From Catajapyx aquilonaris (lineage: Eukaryota), in assembly GCA_000934665.2 (NCBI GenBank), contig KZ539039.1, positions 1 to 35,850 on the forward strand: a stretch of DNA of 35,850 nucleotides, read 5' to 3'. Position 1 is the stretch's first letter. Each line of letters begins with the position of its first letter. Below the pieces are notes generated by a model. It was not told where the DNA came from and did not search any database. It was given only the letters and a program-made list of their open reading frames with translations. A program made the translations under genes and the position numbers. Shown piece by piece: positions 1 through 11,296 of the stretch.

Positions 1-98
1 CCTAGTGAAACCCCTGGGGCATATGTCGGGGCCTCCGTACGGATTTGCATAGCGAATAACAGGAGAGACAGACATACGTCTAGAAATATGTATTAGAT
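1..98. mobile_element. Possible terminus of a non-autonomous rolling-circle (Helitron/Helentron-like) repeat
   Basis: GC-rich start with palindrome TCCGTACGGA, then GACAGACATAC...ATATGTATTAGAT and an abrupt switch to AT-rich DNA. This is a remembered resemblance to invertebrate repeat ends only. Confidence 0.2.
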
Positions 99-1166
99 CA
101 CAAATCTTAATTATCATCACCTAACATTCCAATAAAATATTGACTGCTGAGTATTATTTTCACTGTATGCATACTTTTCTCTCTAAGTCAATAATGCAAT
201 ACCAGCTCACAAAATCATGCTGCTTTATATCTAATATTTGAGATCATGCCATTGTCTACTGCTCTGTATGAAATATCACAATTTTATTACAGTTTTTGGT
301 ATAAAATATTATACCACACTACTCAGACTGGAAGTGGTGCATATGCTCACCCTAACCGTGGCTTATTACGGATTGGATGCAAGGACAGCTGATGCGAAAT
401 ATGCAATATACTGTACTTGCTCTATATTTCATAGCTCCTGCACCAACAACTGGGCATAATAACTGTGGTGACAGAAACCCTGACCATAAACTTCAATAAG
501 CTTCTAATGGATTTTCATTGGTTGTTGTGTGATGCAACCAAATGAAATGCAATAGAGCTCATATCATTCAAAAATCATGATTAAATCACTGTCATCATAG
601 AGTTCATTCCTCTATCCTATTGAATGGCTGTTGGTCAGTCAGTTACAACAGATTATTACAGGATTTCAATGTGATTGCAGGTGAATAATGGCATGCAGTA
701 CTTTTACGGAGTGTCAGTACAGGCAAAGAAGGTGAATATCCAAGTGACCTAATGAGGCTAGAATTTTTCGTTGCCGAGTCACTTTCTTCTTGACTCATTA
801 GTTATTGGGCATTCACACTGCAATTCAAAAGTGATCCCAACAAAAATATACACCGTATTCAAAACTAGGTTCGAGATACTTGAAACAACTTTATCGTATA
901 CAACATATGCAAATGACGATAATTCCGACATAATGCATAAACATGAGTAATAGACATTTCTCTAAAAATAGAAAACAAGATAATTAAAAAAACATTAAAA
1001 TTACACATAACAGACAAAAATACCACCAATGAAACACAGGCAGATGTAATCATAAATTATTTTATTTTAAAATAATCGTTACAATAACTTCATATTGAAA
1101 ATATCTCCATTGCACAAATGTACAATGACAAATCGGTTAACAAATTAGCACAATGACGCATGAGAT

Positions 1167-4100
1167 CTATGAATTGTAGGACTCTATCTCCTTCTCGACT
1201 GCCTTGCGATACTCATCAAAACCACCTTCCATGCTTGTGACTTTTCCATTTGCACAAACCCAGAGCTCCTTGCACACCATTTGTATCAACTTCTCATCAT
1301 GAGATACCAATATCATGCCTCCCTGAAATATTTAAAAACAAACAAACAGGTGATACATCTTTCACGGAAACAGCTTTCTCCCTGCTTACATTGAAGGAGT
1401 TGATGGCATTTCCTAAGGCTTCAATAGTCTCAATGTCCAGATGATTCGTCGGTTCATCTAGTACTAAGAAATTTGGCCTGCTCATGCTCATAACAGCAAA
1501 GGCCACCCGTGACTTCTGCCCTCCCGACAGGCTGTTAATCTTCTGTATTGCAAGGTCTCCTGTTACTCCGAAGCTACCCAGATGCCGTCTGTACTCCTCC
1601 AATCGCTTGCCTATGACACACATCATTCTTACACAAAAATAACAAAATAAACCATGCAAAATGCTGTCAATGTACGTAGAAACAAGCTATGAAAATCACT
1701 AGCTGAAAATAAAATGCAATCATTGGATCCTTGGAATGTCTTGGGTATAGGTCCTCAAGTTCTGGCTATTTTCACACGGAGAAACTGCTGCAACTGAAAC
1801 TTTGGTAATACATGTATTTGCATTTGCCACGTAATGAGACCCTTATAATTTCTTCACCAATAAGACGATGAAACAACTGCTGATCACAACTGCTCACACA
1901 TACTCCTATGAAGGGTCGTGGATGGGCTTACCTGGAAACTTGGCCTGAAGAAATTCCAAAGAGGAAATGTCCATATCAAGCTGGTCCACATGATGCTGGC
2001 TGAAGTATCCAAACTTCAGGTTTCGGTGTGCATGCCTGATCCCTGCGTTGGGAGTCAGATCCTCCATCAGTAGCTTCAGAAGAGTGGTCTTTCCATTCCC
2101 GTTCTCACCTACAACGCATATTCTTGACTCTAGGTTGGCGTTCAGGTTCACCTTTACCAATATTGGATAGCCTTTCTCATATGCAAATGATACTTCGTCC
2201 AGTTGGAGTATTGGTGGCGAGAGAGCCTCGGTTGGAGGGAACTTTAATGTCACTGCTGATTCATCCACAACTGGCTGAAGTTCTGGACTATTGGAAAAAA
2301 TATATGAGTGACTTCAGCAGGCTCAGTTTCACAATTCATGACTCCAACAAGTGCAAGCATACTCACAGCCTTTCAAGAAGCTTGATCCTGCTCTGAACTA
2401 ATGAAGCCTTGTTGGGATGTGCTCGGAACTTGTCTATGAATTGTTGTACATGAGCTCGATATTGTACCTGCGACTCATAGTCCCGCTGCTGCTTTTTCAG
2501 TTTCTCCACTTTTGTTTTTACAAAGTTATCGTAATTTCCCCTGGAAAAGTAATGGAAGGTAAAATAGGTTTATTATATCGCAACAGATCACAGATCATGA
2601 CAGCTTCTGTCTCTGATTAGTTTGTGGACACTCTTATAATAGGAATTTGGGATTCTGCAGGATTCACACAATTACAGGCAGGCCCCATTTTGTTTTCTGT
2701 GGTGCATTGTGGCACACTGTCCTATGAATGAGAAATTACCTGTAGGAATCAATACGCTGCGAATACAGATGCAGTATTTCATTGGGAACAGTGTCTAAGA
2801 ACAGCCTGTCATGGGAGACAACCAGAAGAGTGGTTGGCCAGTTCTGCAGGTATGACTCAAGCCAAATGATGGCCTTCATGTCCAACATGTTGGTGGGTTC
2901 ATCGAGAAGCAGCAGGTCAGGCTTGGCAAACAGCGCCCTGGCCAGGGATAGCCTCATGCGCCATCCTCCTGAAAACACCTTTGTTGGAAGCTTCTGCTTC
3001 CTGCTGTCAAACCCAAGTCCAGCTAGGATTACGCTGGCACGGGCCGGAGCCTTGTCCGCCTCGATATGCTGTAGTTCCGAATACACCTCGGCTAGTCGCT
3101 TGCTGATTTCTGCACTGTTGTTCCTGTATGTGCAAAGGCAAGTTAAAATAATAATGAAGAATGGGCTTGTTGCATGAACTTATGAGAATATCAACCTGCA
3201 CTTACTCATCATTTGCTTTGCTGCTTAGCTCCCGTTCTTCCTTCAATAGTCGTTCCCGCACACTGTCACTTTCTAGCACACTGTCAATAGCCAAAGTATC
3301 ATCTCCAGCAACTTCCTGCTCTACGTGAAGCACAGAGATGTGAGATGGGATCCTCAGCTGGCCACTACAATCATGCAAACACATCAGTTGACATCAGCAA
3401 TCACACTAGAGAATCCCTTTATCCACCTGGATATCATTCGGAGAAGTGTAGTTTTTCCAAGTCCATTTCTTCCCAGGAACCCATACCTTTTCCCATAAAC
3501 AAGCGACAAATCTGCACCTTTCAGGAGGACTCTGAAAGTGAACTTCAATTACATTCAACCCGATTTCCACCCAGTGCATGACGCAACTGTTACCTGTCAC
3601 CAAATGAAATGTCAAAGTTCTCAATCCTAATATCCTTGCATTTGTTTGTCCCCTTTGCTTCCATCTTAATTTCCTTCTTGCTTTGTGCCTGGCTTGCACT
3701 TCCTGCATTTCCATTCACAACTGTATTGGATATTTTAGACTCCTTTGTCCTTTGCTTCTCTTGCTTTTGCTGCTGCTTAGCTATGGCTTTGTTCAGCTTT
3801 TTCTGGTCAACCTTCTGAAATGTTAACAGTGTTAATAATCATCATAAAATATTAGAAGTTGTATGTTCCTAACCGCAGTGTTGTCTCGTTGCACAACCCA
3901 GATGCTCTTAATTTCTTCCGCATTTGACTCCATGTTGGCAGCCAAACTTCCAAGATGCACGGGTTGACTCAACACCCTTCCAGGCATACTATTGTCCTTC
4001 TTTTCCAGTTTTAAGGAGTTCAATAGTAGTTTGCATAATGCCCTAGGATTTAAAATATGCTTCGAGTGAACAAAACTTGACACGGAGACATGTCATCACT

Positions 4101-4593
4101 TTTCATACATAATATCCGCTTTGCTTCGGCCACCTCCAACATCTTGCAAGACCTCTCCAACAGCATCATACACATCCTGTGCATCTTCAAATTCTTCCTT
4201 CCCGTTTTCCAGCACTCCTAGAAATTGCAGAAAAATGTACTGTACATTACATATTACCACTCTTGATATTACATGTATTGTGATGGAAAAAATATGATTG
4301 CACCACATTGCACCATGCACTACAACACTCCCAGCAACAAGTTAACACTAATCTTATTCATGCATCACTATCACTTAGATCACTAGGCCGCACGTGAACC
4401 TCAAAAAAATTGAATCTCAAAATTTCATTTGAATCAGTTTTTGGCGCCAGAAAAAAAAAAAAAACAGTATAGGCAACAGTCGAGGCTGCTGTTCACCTTC
4501 AATGTACTGGCTCAGCTCGTCGTCAATGCCCGGAAAGTCGTTCCGGACCACCTCCATGCAGGACAGATGATCACCAGTGTCCAGTGACACCAT
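1167..4593 (-). CDS. ABCF3: ABC-F family ATPase, ABCF3/GCN20-like, divergent tandem paralogue (copy A), 11 exons, about 716 aa
   Basis: Exons 4593-4497, 4217-4109, 4042-3874, 3814-3594, 3531-3427, 3364-3206, 3123-2740, 2540-2367, 2287-1932, 1610-1390, 1322-1167. All introns are GT-AG with consistent phase; total 2151 nt, ATG to TAG. Two NBDs (GRNGLGKTT, FSGGWRMR, LLLDEPTN; GENGNGKTT, LSGGQKSR, LVLDEPTNHLD), no TM domain, GCN20-like N-terminus. Minus-strand AATAAA at 1061-1066. Confidence 0.93.
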
Positions 4594-4830
4594 TTTCGCC
4601 GGTGATTTCGCGACGATTCACTTTTTAACGAGCAGCATCCGCATCAGGTGGCACCAACTCCGCCCACTCCAATGTTGCCAACATAGGCGATGACGTCACA
4701 CTGTTGAAACTTATTGCCGCCAAAAAAAATCACTAAAATAATTAATAATAATCATAAGTTAACAAATCGGCGATTTTATCCTGCAAAATAATTGGGGTTG
4801 GGTATCACACAAAGACTAGGACCAAGTGTT
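4594..4830 (-). promoter_or_regulatory. Compact putative promoter/5' UTR of ABCF3 copy A with a perfect CRE/ATF palindrome
   Basis: CpG-containing stretch between the copy A ATG and the copy B polyA signals; TGACGTCA at 4691-4698. Function is inferred from position only. Confidence 0.45.
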
Positions 4831-5176
4831 GCTAGTTTATTGATAAATATTTTTTTTATATTATGATAATTATGCAACATTATCTGCACCAGTTATCAAC
4901 ATTTTGTCTTACAGGTGGCTTTACAGATCCTTTTTCACTATAGAGCAGCTTGATTTTTTTATTTCTCTCTCTAAATGATGACTCCTCACTGGAATATGCC
5001 ATAATAATTTGGAAGGGGGGGAGACTGCTGGTAAACAACGTCTGAAAAGTCACGTCCGAATAGTTGCGCTTGAAGTAAGCAACACCCCTGAGAGGCTGCC
5101 TAGTACATTCAAGGAATCTGGAACGGGGGCAACTGTGACTTCATTGTGACTGTCCCAAATTTGAGGCGGATTAAGG

Positions 5177-8100
5177 CTACTTTGATTGAGCTTCTATCTC
5201 CTTCTCAACTATCCTGCGATATTCATCAAAACCGCCCTCCATGCTTCCGACGCTTCCTTCTCCGCAGACCCACAACTCTTTGCATACCATTCGGATCAGC
5301 CTCTCGTCATGAGAAACTAGGATCACTCCTCCCTGGAACAAGAGAGTAGTTATTAGATGTCAACAAGTCAACCTGGTCTCATTCCACCTACATTGAAGGC
5401 ATTGATGGCATTTCCTAATGCTTCAATCGTCTCTATGTCTAGATGGTTCGTAGGTTCATCAAGTATGAGAAAGTTCGGCCTGCTCATGCTCATTACGGCA
5501 AAGGCCACCCGTGACTTCTGCCCCCCTGACAGGCTGTTAATCTTCTGTAGGGCAAGATCTCCTGTCACTCCAAAGCTGCCCAGTTGCCGTCTGTACTCCT
5601 CTATTCGCTTTCCTGCAAAACATACAATACATGAGCAATGAAACAACAAAACTATGTGCTTCTGTGAAGGCTTATGCCAAGACTGACCAGGAAACCTGGT
5701 CTGAAGGAACTCCAAGGAAGATATATCCATCTCCAGCTGGTCCACATGATGCTGGCTGAAGTATCCAAACTTCAGGTTTCGGTGTGCATGCCTGATCCCC
5801 GCACTTGGCGTCAGATCCTCCATCAGTAGCTTCAGAAGAGTGGTTTTTCCGCTTCCGTTCTCGCCTACAATACATATCCTGGACTCCAGGTTGGCGTTCA
5901 GGCTCACCTTGACCAAGATTGGACGGTCCTCTTCGTAGGAAAATGACAACTCATCTAGCTGGAGTATTGGCGGGGAAATAGGCTCAGTTGGAATGAACTT
6001 CAACGTCACTGCAGATTCATCTTCCACAGGTTTCAGCTCTGGGCTGAAAACCAGAATTATAATATGACTCGGGGGCATCCATCAGCAATAATATGATTTC
6101 AACATTTAGGCAATAAGTAACACCAGATGTTATAATATGCACATTTATAAAAAATTGTGGCAGTAACCAACTCACAGTTTTTCCAGAAGTTTGATCTTGC
6201 TTTGAACCAATGATGCTCTCTTTGCATTGTACCTAAACTTATCAATGAATTCTTGTACATGCACCCTGTACTGCATCTGGGCCTCATACTCCCGTTGCTG
6301 GTTCTTTAGCTTCTCTGCCTTTGCCTTCACAAAGTGCTCATAATTACCTCTGGAAAATGAGAAAACAATATTAGCTTGATTACGTGCTAGCCAATAGATC
6401 TGAAACCCTCAAAAACATGTCAATGTCACTGAATCGCAAACAGGCCACGAAGCAATTGCAGCAGCCCTTTCATGAGCTGAGACAATTTAATTTCTACTAT
6501 CATACCACACTTTCAATAAGAATTACCTGTAGGAATCAATACGCTGCGTATGCAGATGCAGTATTTCATTGGGAACAGTGTCTAGGAACAGCCTGTCATG
6601 GGAGACAACCAGAAGGGTGGTTGGCCAGTTCTGCAGGTATGACTCCAGCCAAATGATGGCCTTCATGTCCAACATGTTGGTGGGTTCATCGAGCAGCAGC
6701 AGGTCAGGCTTGGCAAACAGCGCCCTGGCCAGGGATAGCCTCATGCGCCATCCTCCTGAAAACACCTTTGTTGGAAGCTTCTGCTTCCTGCTGTCAAACC
6801 CAAGTCCAGCTAGGATTACGCTGGCACGGGCCGGAGCCTTGTCTGCCTCGATATGCTGTAGTTCCGCATACACCTCGGCTAGTCGCTTGCTGATTTCTGC
6901 ATTTTGGTTGCTGTAATGCACAAGTAGGTGAGACCTGGCTTGCTCACTTTTATCTGAATTGACCATATACTACCGAAAGGAACTGACTTTTCATTAGCCT
7001 TGCTGCTCAATTCTCGCTCTTCTTTCAGCAGTTGTTCCCGGATAGTGTCACTCTCCAGCACACTCTGAAGTGCAATAGTTTCATCCCCGACAACCTCCTG
7101 TTCCACATGCAGTATAGATATGTGCGATGGTATTCTCAACTGGCCGCTGAAATGTCATTCACATTATTAGAGCGAAATACATCATACAGAAGGAAAAACA
7201 CTACCTAGAAATCATCCGGAGCAAAGTAGTTTTTCCAAGGCCATTCCTTCCTAGGAGACCATACCGCTTACCAAACACAAGAGTCAAGTCAGCACCTTTC
7301 AACAATACCCTGTAAAGAACATTGGAACATCATACAGTTTATTCATAAACCACTCTCTCCTAAGTCGCCACATTACCTGTCACCAAAAGACACATCAAAG
7401 TTCTCAATCTTGATGTTCTTGCAATTGTTTGACCCTTTGGCCTCCATCTTCATGTCCTTCTTACTCAGCATCTGACTTGCACTGGCCAAATTTTCTTTTG
7501 CAGCCGCGGGTGCAGGCGGCTTAGGATCTTTGCTTCTTTTCTCATGCTTCTGCTGCAGCTTAGCCTCAGCTTTCTCCAGCTTCTTTTGATCGACCTTCTG
7601 CAAACCATTTTGTTTTATCGTTAATATGAGATGATTGCTAGGTGTATCGCTGGCCGTGATATAATGAATTAATATCAATCAAGCAGAATTTAAGCACAAT
7701 TTTCTAACCAGTGTGTCGTCCCTCTGAGCCACCCAGATGCTCTTAATTTCCTCGACGTTTGACTCCAAAGTGGCTGCCATGCTTCCGAGATGCACAGGCG
7801 CATTCAGTACCCGAGTAGGTCCGTTCGAGCACTGTTTATCCATTTTCATAGTATCTAATAAATGCTCACACAACATCCTGAAATGAAAATTGCATTACAT
7901 TTTTTTTTTTTTTTTTAAACAGCAGATCAACTTACATAATATCTTCTTCGCTCTTGTTGATCCCAATTTCTTGCATGACTTCTCCAATGGCATCGTACAC
8001 CTCCTCGGAATTCTCGAAGTCCTCCTTACCATTTTCTAAAACACCTGCGAACGTAACGAAAGCCGCATTGATCCTAATGACTTCATCTCTTAATATGCTA

Positions 8101-8372
8101 CTATAATTAGTATTCCACATATTTCTTTTTTTTTGTTCTTTACAGTTAATCTTTTCTCCTTTTTTTTTTTTTTGCCAGACAATGTTGCTGACGTCGTCAT
8201 GTTCAATTCCCAGGCTTATGATAAATTCAAACCATACTCTTTTCAGTGCTTCCAAATACTTGGCCATGTCCTGCCCCCACCTTTTGGGGCTGAACTTACC
8301 TTCGATATACCGGTACAGGTCGTCATCTATTGAAGGAAACTCGCTCCGAATCAGTTCCATGCAGGCGGCCAT
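5177..8372 (-). CDS. ABCF3: ABC-F family ATPase ABCF3/GCN20 (copy B, canonical), 11 exons, about 708 aa
   Basis: Exons 8372-8300, 8044-7936, 7877-7709, 7597-7377, 7309-7205, 7146-6988, 6910-6527, 6349-6176, 6043-5688, 5612-5392, 5332-5177; total 2127 nt. Exons 2-11 match copy A in length. Starts MAACMELIRSEFPSIDDDLYRYIEGVL; linker FIDKFRYNAKRASLVQSKIK; both ABC cassettes intact. Minus-strand AATAAA at 4958-4963 and 4836-4841. Confidence 0.95.
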
Positions 8373-9150
8373 TTCTACCTCTCCGGTTTAATTTTTTTTT
8401 TTTTTTAAGCAGTTGCATGGGGAATGGAGGTGGGTAATGACTCAGTCCTTGCAATTTAATATCTGGCTTTCATATTAAGCACATAGTACTGTCGCAATTA
8501 AACATAATTAAGGCTTGAAATTAAGTTTTAATTAATGAGAGCCGAAATTGGGCGTTATATTAAGATGTTACTAATAGCGGCTATGTAACTAGCCGGTCGC
8601 ACATGCAGCGTACAGTACATGCTGTTACATTACGGATGAGGTATGCACACAATAGGATCATACCGGATCGTACTACTTCAAATGCGGTGAATATTACGCT
8701 CTGTACGTTTAATTACGTTCGATCATATTAAAAAGTGCGATGATAGCTGTTGTTGTAGCCGCGATTTTTCCCGGTGCGGCTGTGCTGCTTTCGGCCCGCT
8801 TCTGTTTCCTAATGGCTGCCGTTCGGCTTCTGATGGAGAAGAAGCGTGTATCTTGAGCTCCTGTCCTTTTCTGTTCTCGTCGGGACGAAGCTGGGTCCTC
8901 TGGACGGACAGGGGGACACGGTTGGGCCGTGTCGCGCAGGGCAGGTGGCTGTGGACAGGAAGAGGCAGGTACAATGCTCCAGGCTCCAAAAGTGCTCCTT
9001 AGGAATAGAACATATTTTTAATGTTACATGTGCATTTACAGGGAGACGAGGTGGCCTTAATATTTATGATTGATTAACCAGTGGCTGCATAATGGAGGCG
9101 GCCAACGCAGAAGGTATTACATTGGTATTGTTGGTAAGCGCAATTGCATA
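8373..9150. promoter_or_regulatory. Divergent promoter region ABCF3-B / COPS7, including a probable COPS7 5' UTR exon and UTR intron 8969-9041
   Basis: Head-to-head ATGs at 8372 (-) and 9151 (+). A GC/CpG-rich block at about 8755-8968 ends at CAG|GTACAA, followed by an AT-rich 73 nt ending TTTACAG. Confidence 0.5.
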
Positions 9151-10829
9151 ATGTCGGGATGTTCAGTTCCAGTGGCTGGCACGTCTGGTACGGCGGCAGT
9201 GGCTGGCGAGGCTAAGCCGGCGACTATGACCACACCGCTAGAGCAGTTTGTGCTTCTGGCCAAACAGGCGAAGGGAGCGGCCGCGGTCGGATTGATCAAG
9301 CAGGCTTTGGAGGCTTCAGGGGTGTACGTGTTTGGTGAGCTTTTGGACATGCCGAATATCCAGGAGCTGAAGGAAGGGAGCCATCAGGCTTACTTCAACC
9401 TGCTCAACCTCTTTGCGTATGGGACATTCAAACAGTACCTGCTTAATGAGAAGGAACTGCCACAAATGACGGCCCCGCAGAAAAAGAAGCTGCAGCATCT
9501 TACCATTGTCACGCTTGCCACGAAAACTAAGGTTTGAGCAACCATTAGTTTCAATCTTCCATCTTCTTCCTGCAGAAGTGTAGTAAAAATTAGCTGTAAG
9601 TGACTAAACGAGCAAAATTCCCGTGAAATAGGTATTACAGAGCACTGAGGGTATTGCGTATTACTGTTGCTAACTGTTGTGCAGTGGTGGAAATCGATGG
9701 ATATCCCCAAGTATCACTGCCTTTCTTTACACTTTACATGAAGCAACTTCATGTAAAGGAAAAGCACCGCCAGACAGCAATATTTGTGGATAGCCATTAG
9801 TTTCCACTGCTGTACAATAGTAGTAATTTATTGTATGCTGAACACTAGAATGGTATGTGTACAGAAATTTCAATTATTTTGTATACATAATAATAATAAT
9901 ATGTAAACTTTACAGTCTGGCACAGTAGTAGCTAGAAACTGCCTACATAATTGAATCGCTTATTTAGATTATGATATTGCTTTTACAGTGCATTCCCTAT
10001 GCTACTTTGCTACAAGAATTAGACATGAACAATGTCAGGGAGCTGGAGGATCTTATTATTGAAGCCATCTATGCAGGTAAGATTTTATGCATTTCCTTCA
10101 TACAAAAGTTGACTTATGAAAGCAATGAAATTAAATTGAGTATATACTTGCGAAAACAATGAAATGAAACTAAAAATAAAGTAAAAGGTCTGTGTGCTAC
10201 ACTGAGCGCTGATGTTTTTTGAGAATGGATTAGTAGAGCTCAGTTATGCACTGAGATATTTCTTATCAGAGATTTCATGGCTATGAGGCAAAGTCAATAG
10301 AAATCCCACCCATAGCATGTCGAGTCCAGAGAGCAGAGCAAAGTTTCATTTTTTACACAATCATTTACATTCCATGTACTTTCTGAAGATATACTTCACG
10401 GCAAGCTGGATCAAAAGAATTCACAGCTGGAGGTGGACTATGCCATAGGGAGGGATATCCGTCCAGAGGACGTAGGCACCATTGTGGCCACCCTGCAAGA
10501 CTGGTGTGATTCCTCGGAGGCAGTCCTCTCCTGCATAGAGGCACAGATCAACAGGGCTAATGCGGAAAAGAACAAGATGCTGAAGCACAGGGAAACTGTT
10601 GAACAAGAGGTCTGCGTCGTCTTTGAAACGTTGCAATGCATTGTGATGACATGATTACTCTTTGCAGATTATGAACATAAAGAAAACACTGAAGAGTCAG
10701 GTGCAGGATCCGGAGGAAGGGATGGGCTCGGACAACAGGGAAGCATTGGCACAGCCTGAGAAGGGAGGGAAGAAGCAGATCAAGTCCAAGTCACTAAGAG
10801 GAAGCGGGAAGTTCTGGCAAAAGTCATGA
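9151..10829 (+). CDS. COPS7: COP9 signalosome subunit 7 (PCI domain), 4 coding exons, about 283 aa
   Basis: Exons 9151-9531, 9989-10076, 10389-10609, 10668-10829, all in phase. Motifs [71 protein letters not shown]; basic C-terminal tail [11 protein letters not shown]. The start Met (9151 or a downstream Met) is inferred. Confidence 0.94.
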
Positions 10830-11153
10830 GGGCATATCTCCCTATAGATGTTCCTTCCAAAAAATAATAATAATTTTGTTCATCCTACCATATCCTGCTT
10901 CCCTCTTTATTTTTTTTGGTGGGAAAAAATGTACCAAAAAAAAATATGGTCAGTGTCACAGTGCTGGGTTCGAAAGAAAAGAAAAGAAAAAAAGAGGAAA
11001 ATATTCAGACTTTTTTTGAAGTGTGTCGTGTGAACAAGGTTGTGCATCCGGGTCATCGCAATCCTATTTTTTTTAAATGTGTGTGCCGAGAACTTGTTGG
11101 TAAAAAGAAAGAAAAAAAGCATCGATGCTTACGCCTCCCCCCCCCCCCCCCCC

Positions 11154-11296
11154 NNNNNNNNNNNNNNNNNNNNNNNNNNNNNNNNNNNNNNNNNNNNNNN
11201 NNNNNNNNNNNNNNNNNNNNNNNNNNNNNNNNNNNNNNNNNNNNNNNNNNNNNNNNNNNNNNNNNNNNNNNNNNNNNNNNNNNNNNNNNNNNNNNN
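11154..11296. other. Assembly gap (143 N) between a poly-C run and a minisatellite
   Basis: Run of N in the sequence. Confidence 0.99.

Noticed and set aside
351..410. Possible 60-nt minus-strand exon bounded by CAG and GTGAG
   Set aside because: Only one frame is open, the peptide is unrecognisable and there is no partner exon in the window.
1167..4593. Copy A as a pseudogene or uncollapsed haplotype
   Set aside because: The spliced frame is intact, and most exons and all introns are far too diverged to be alleles.
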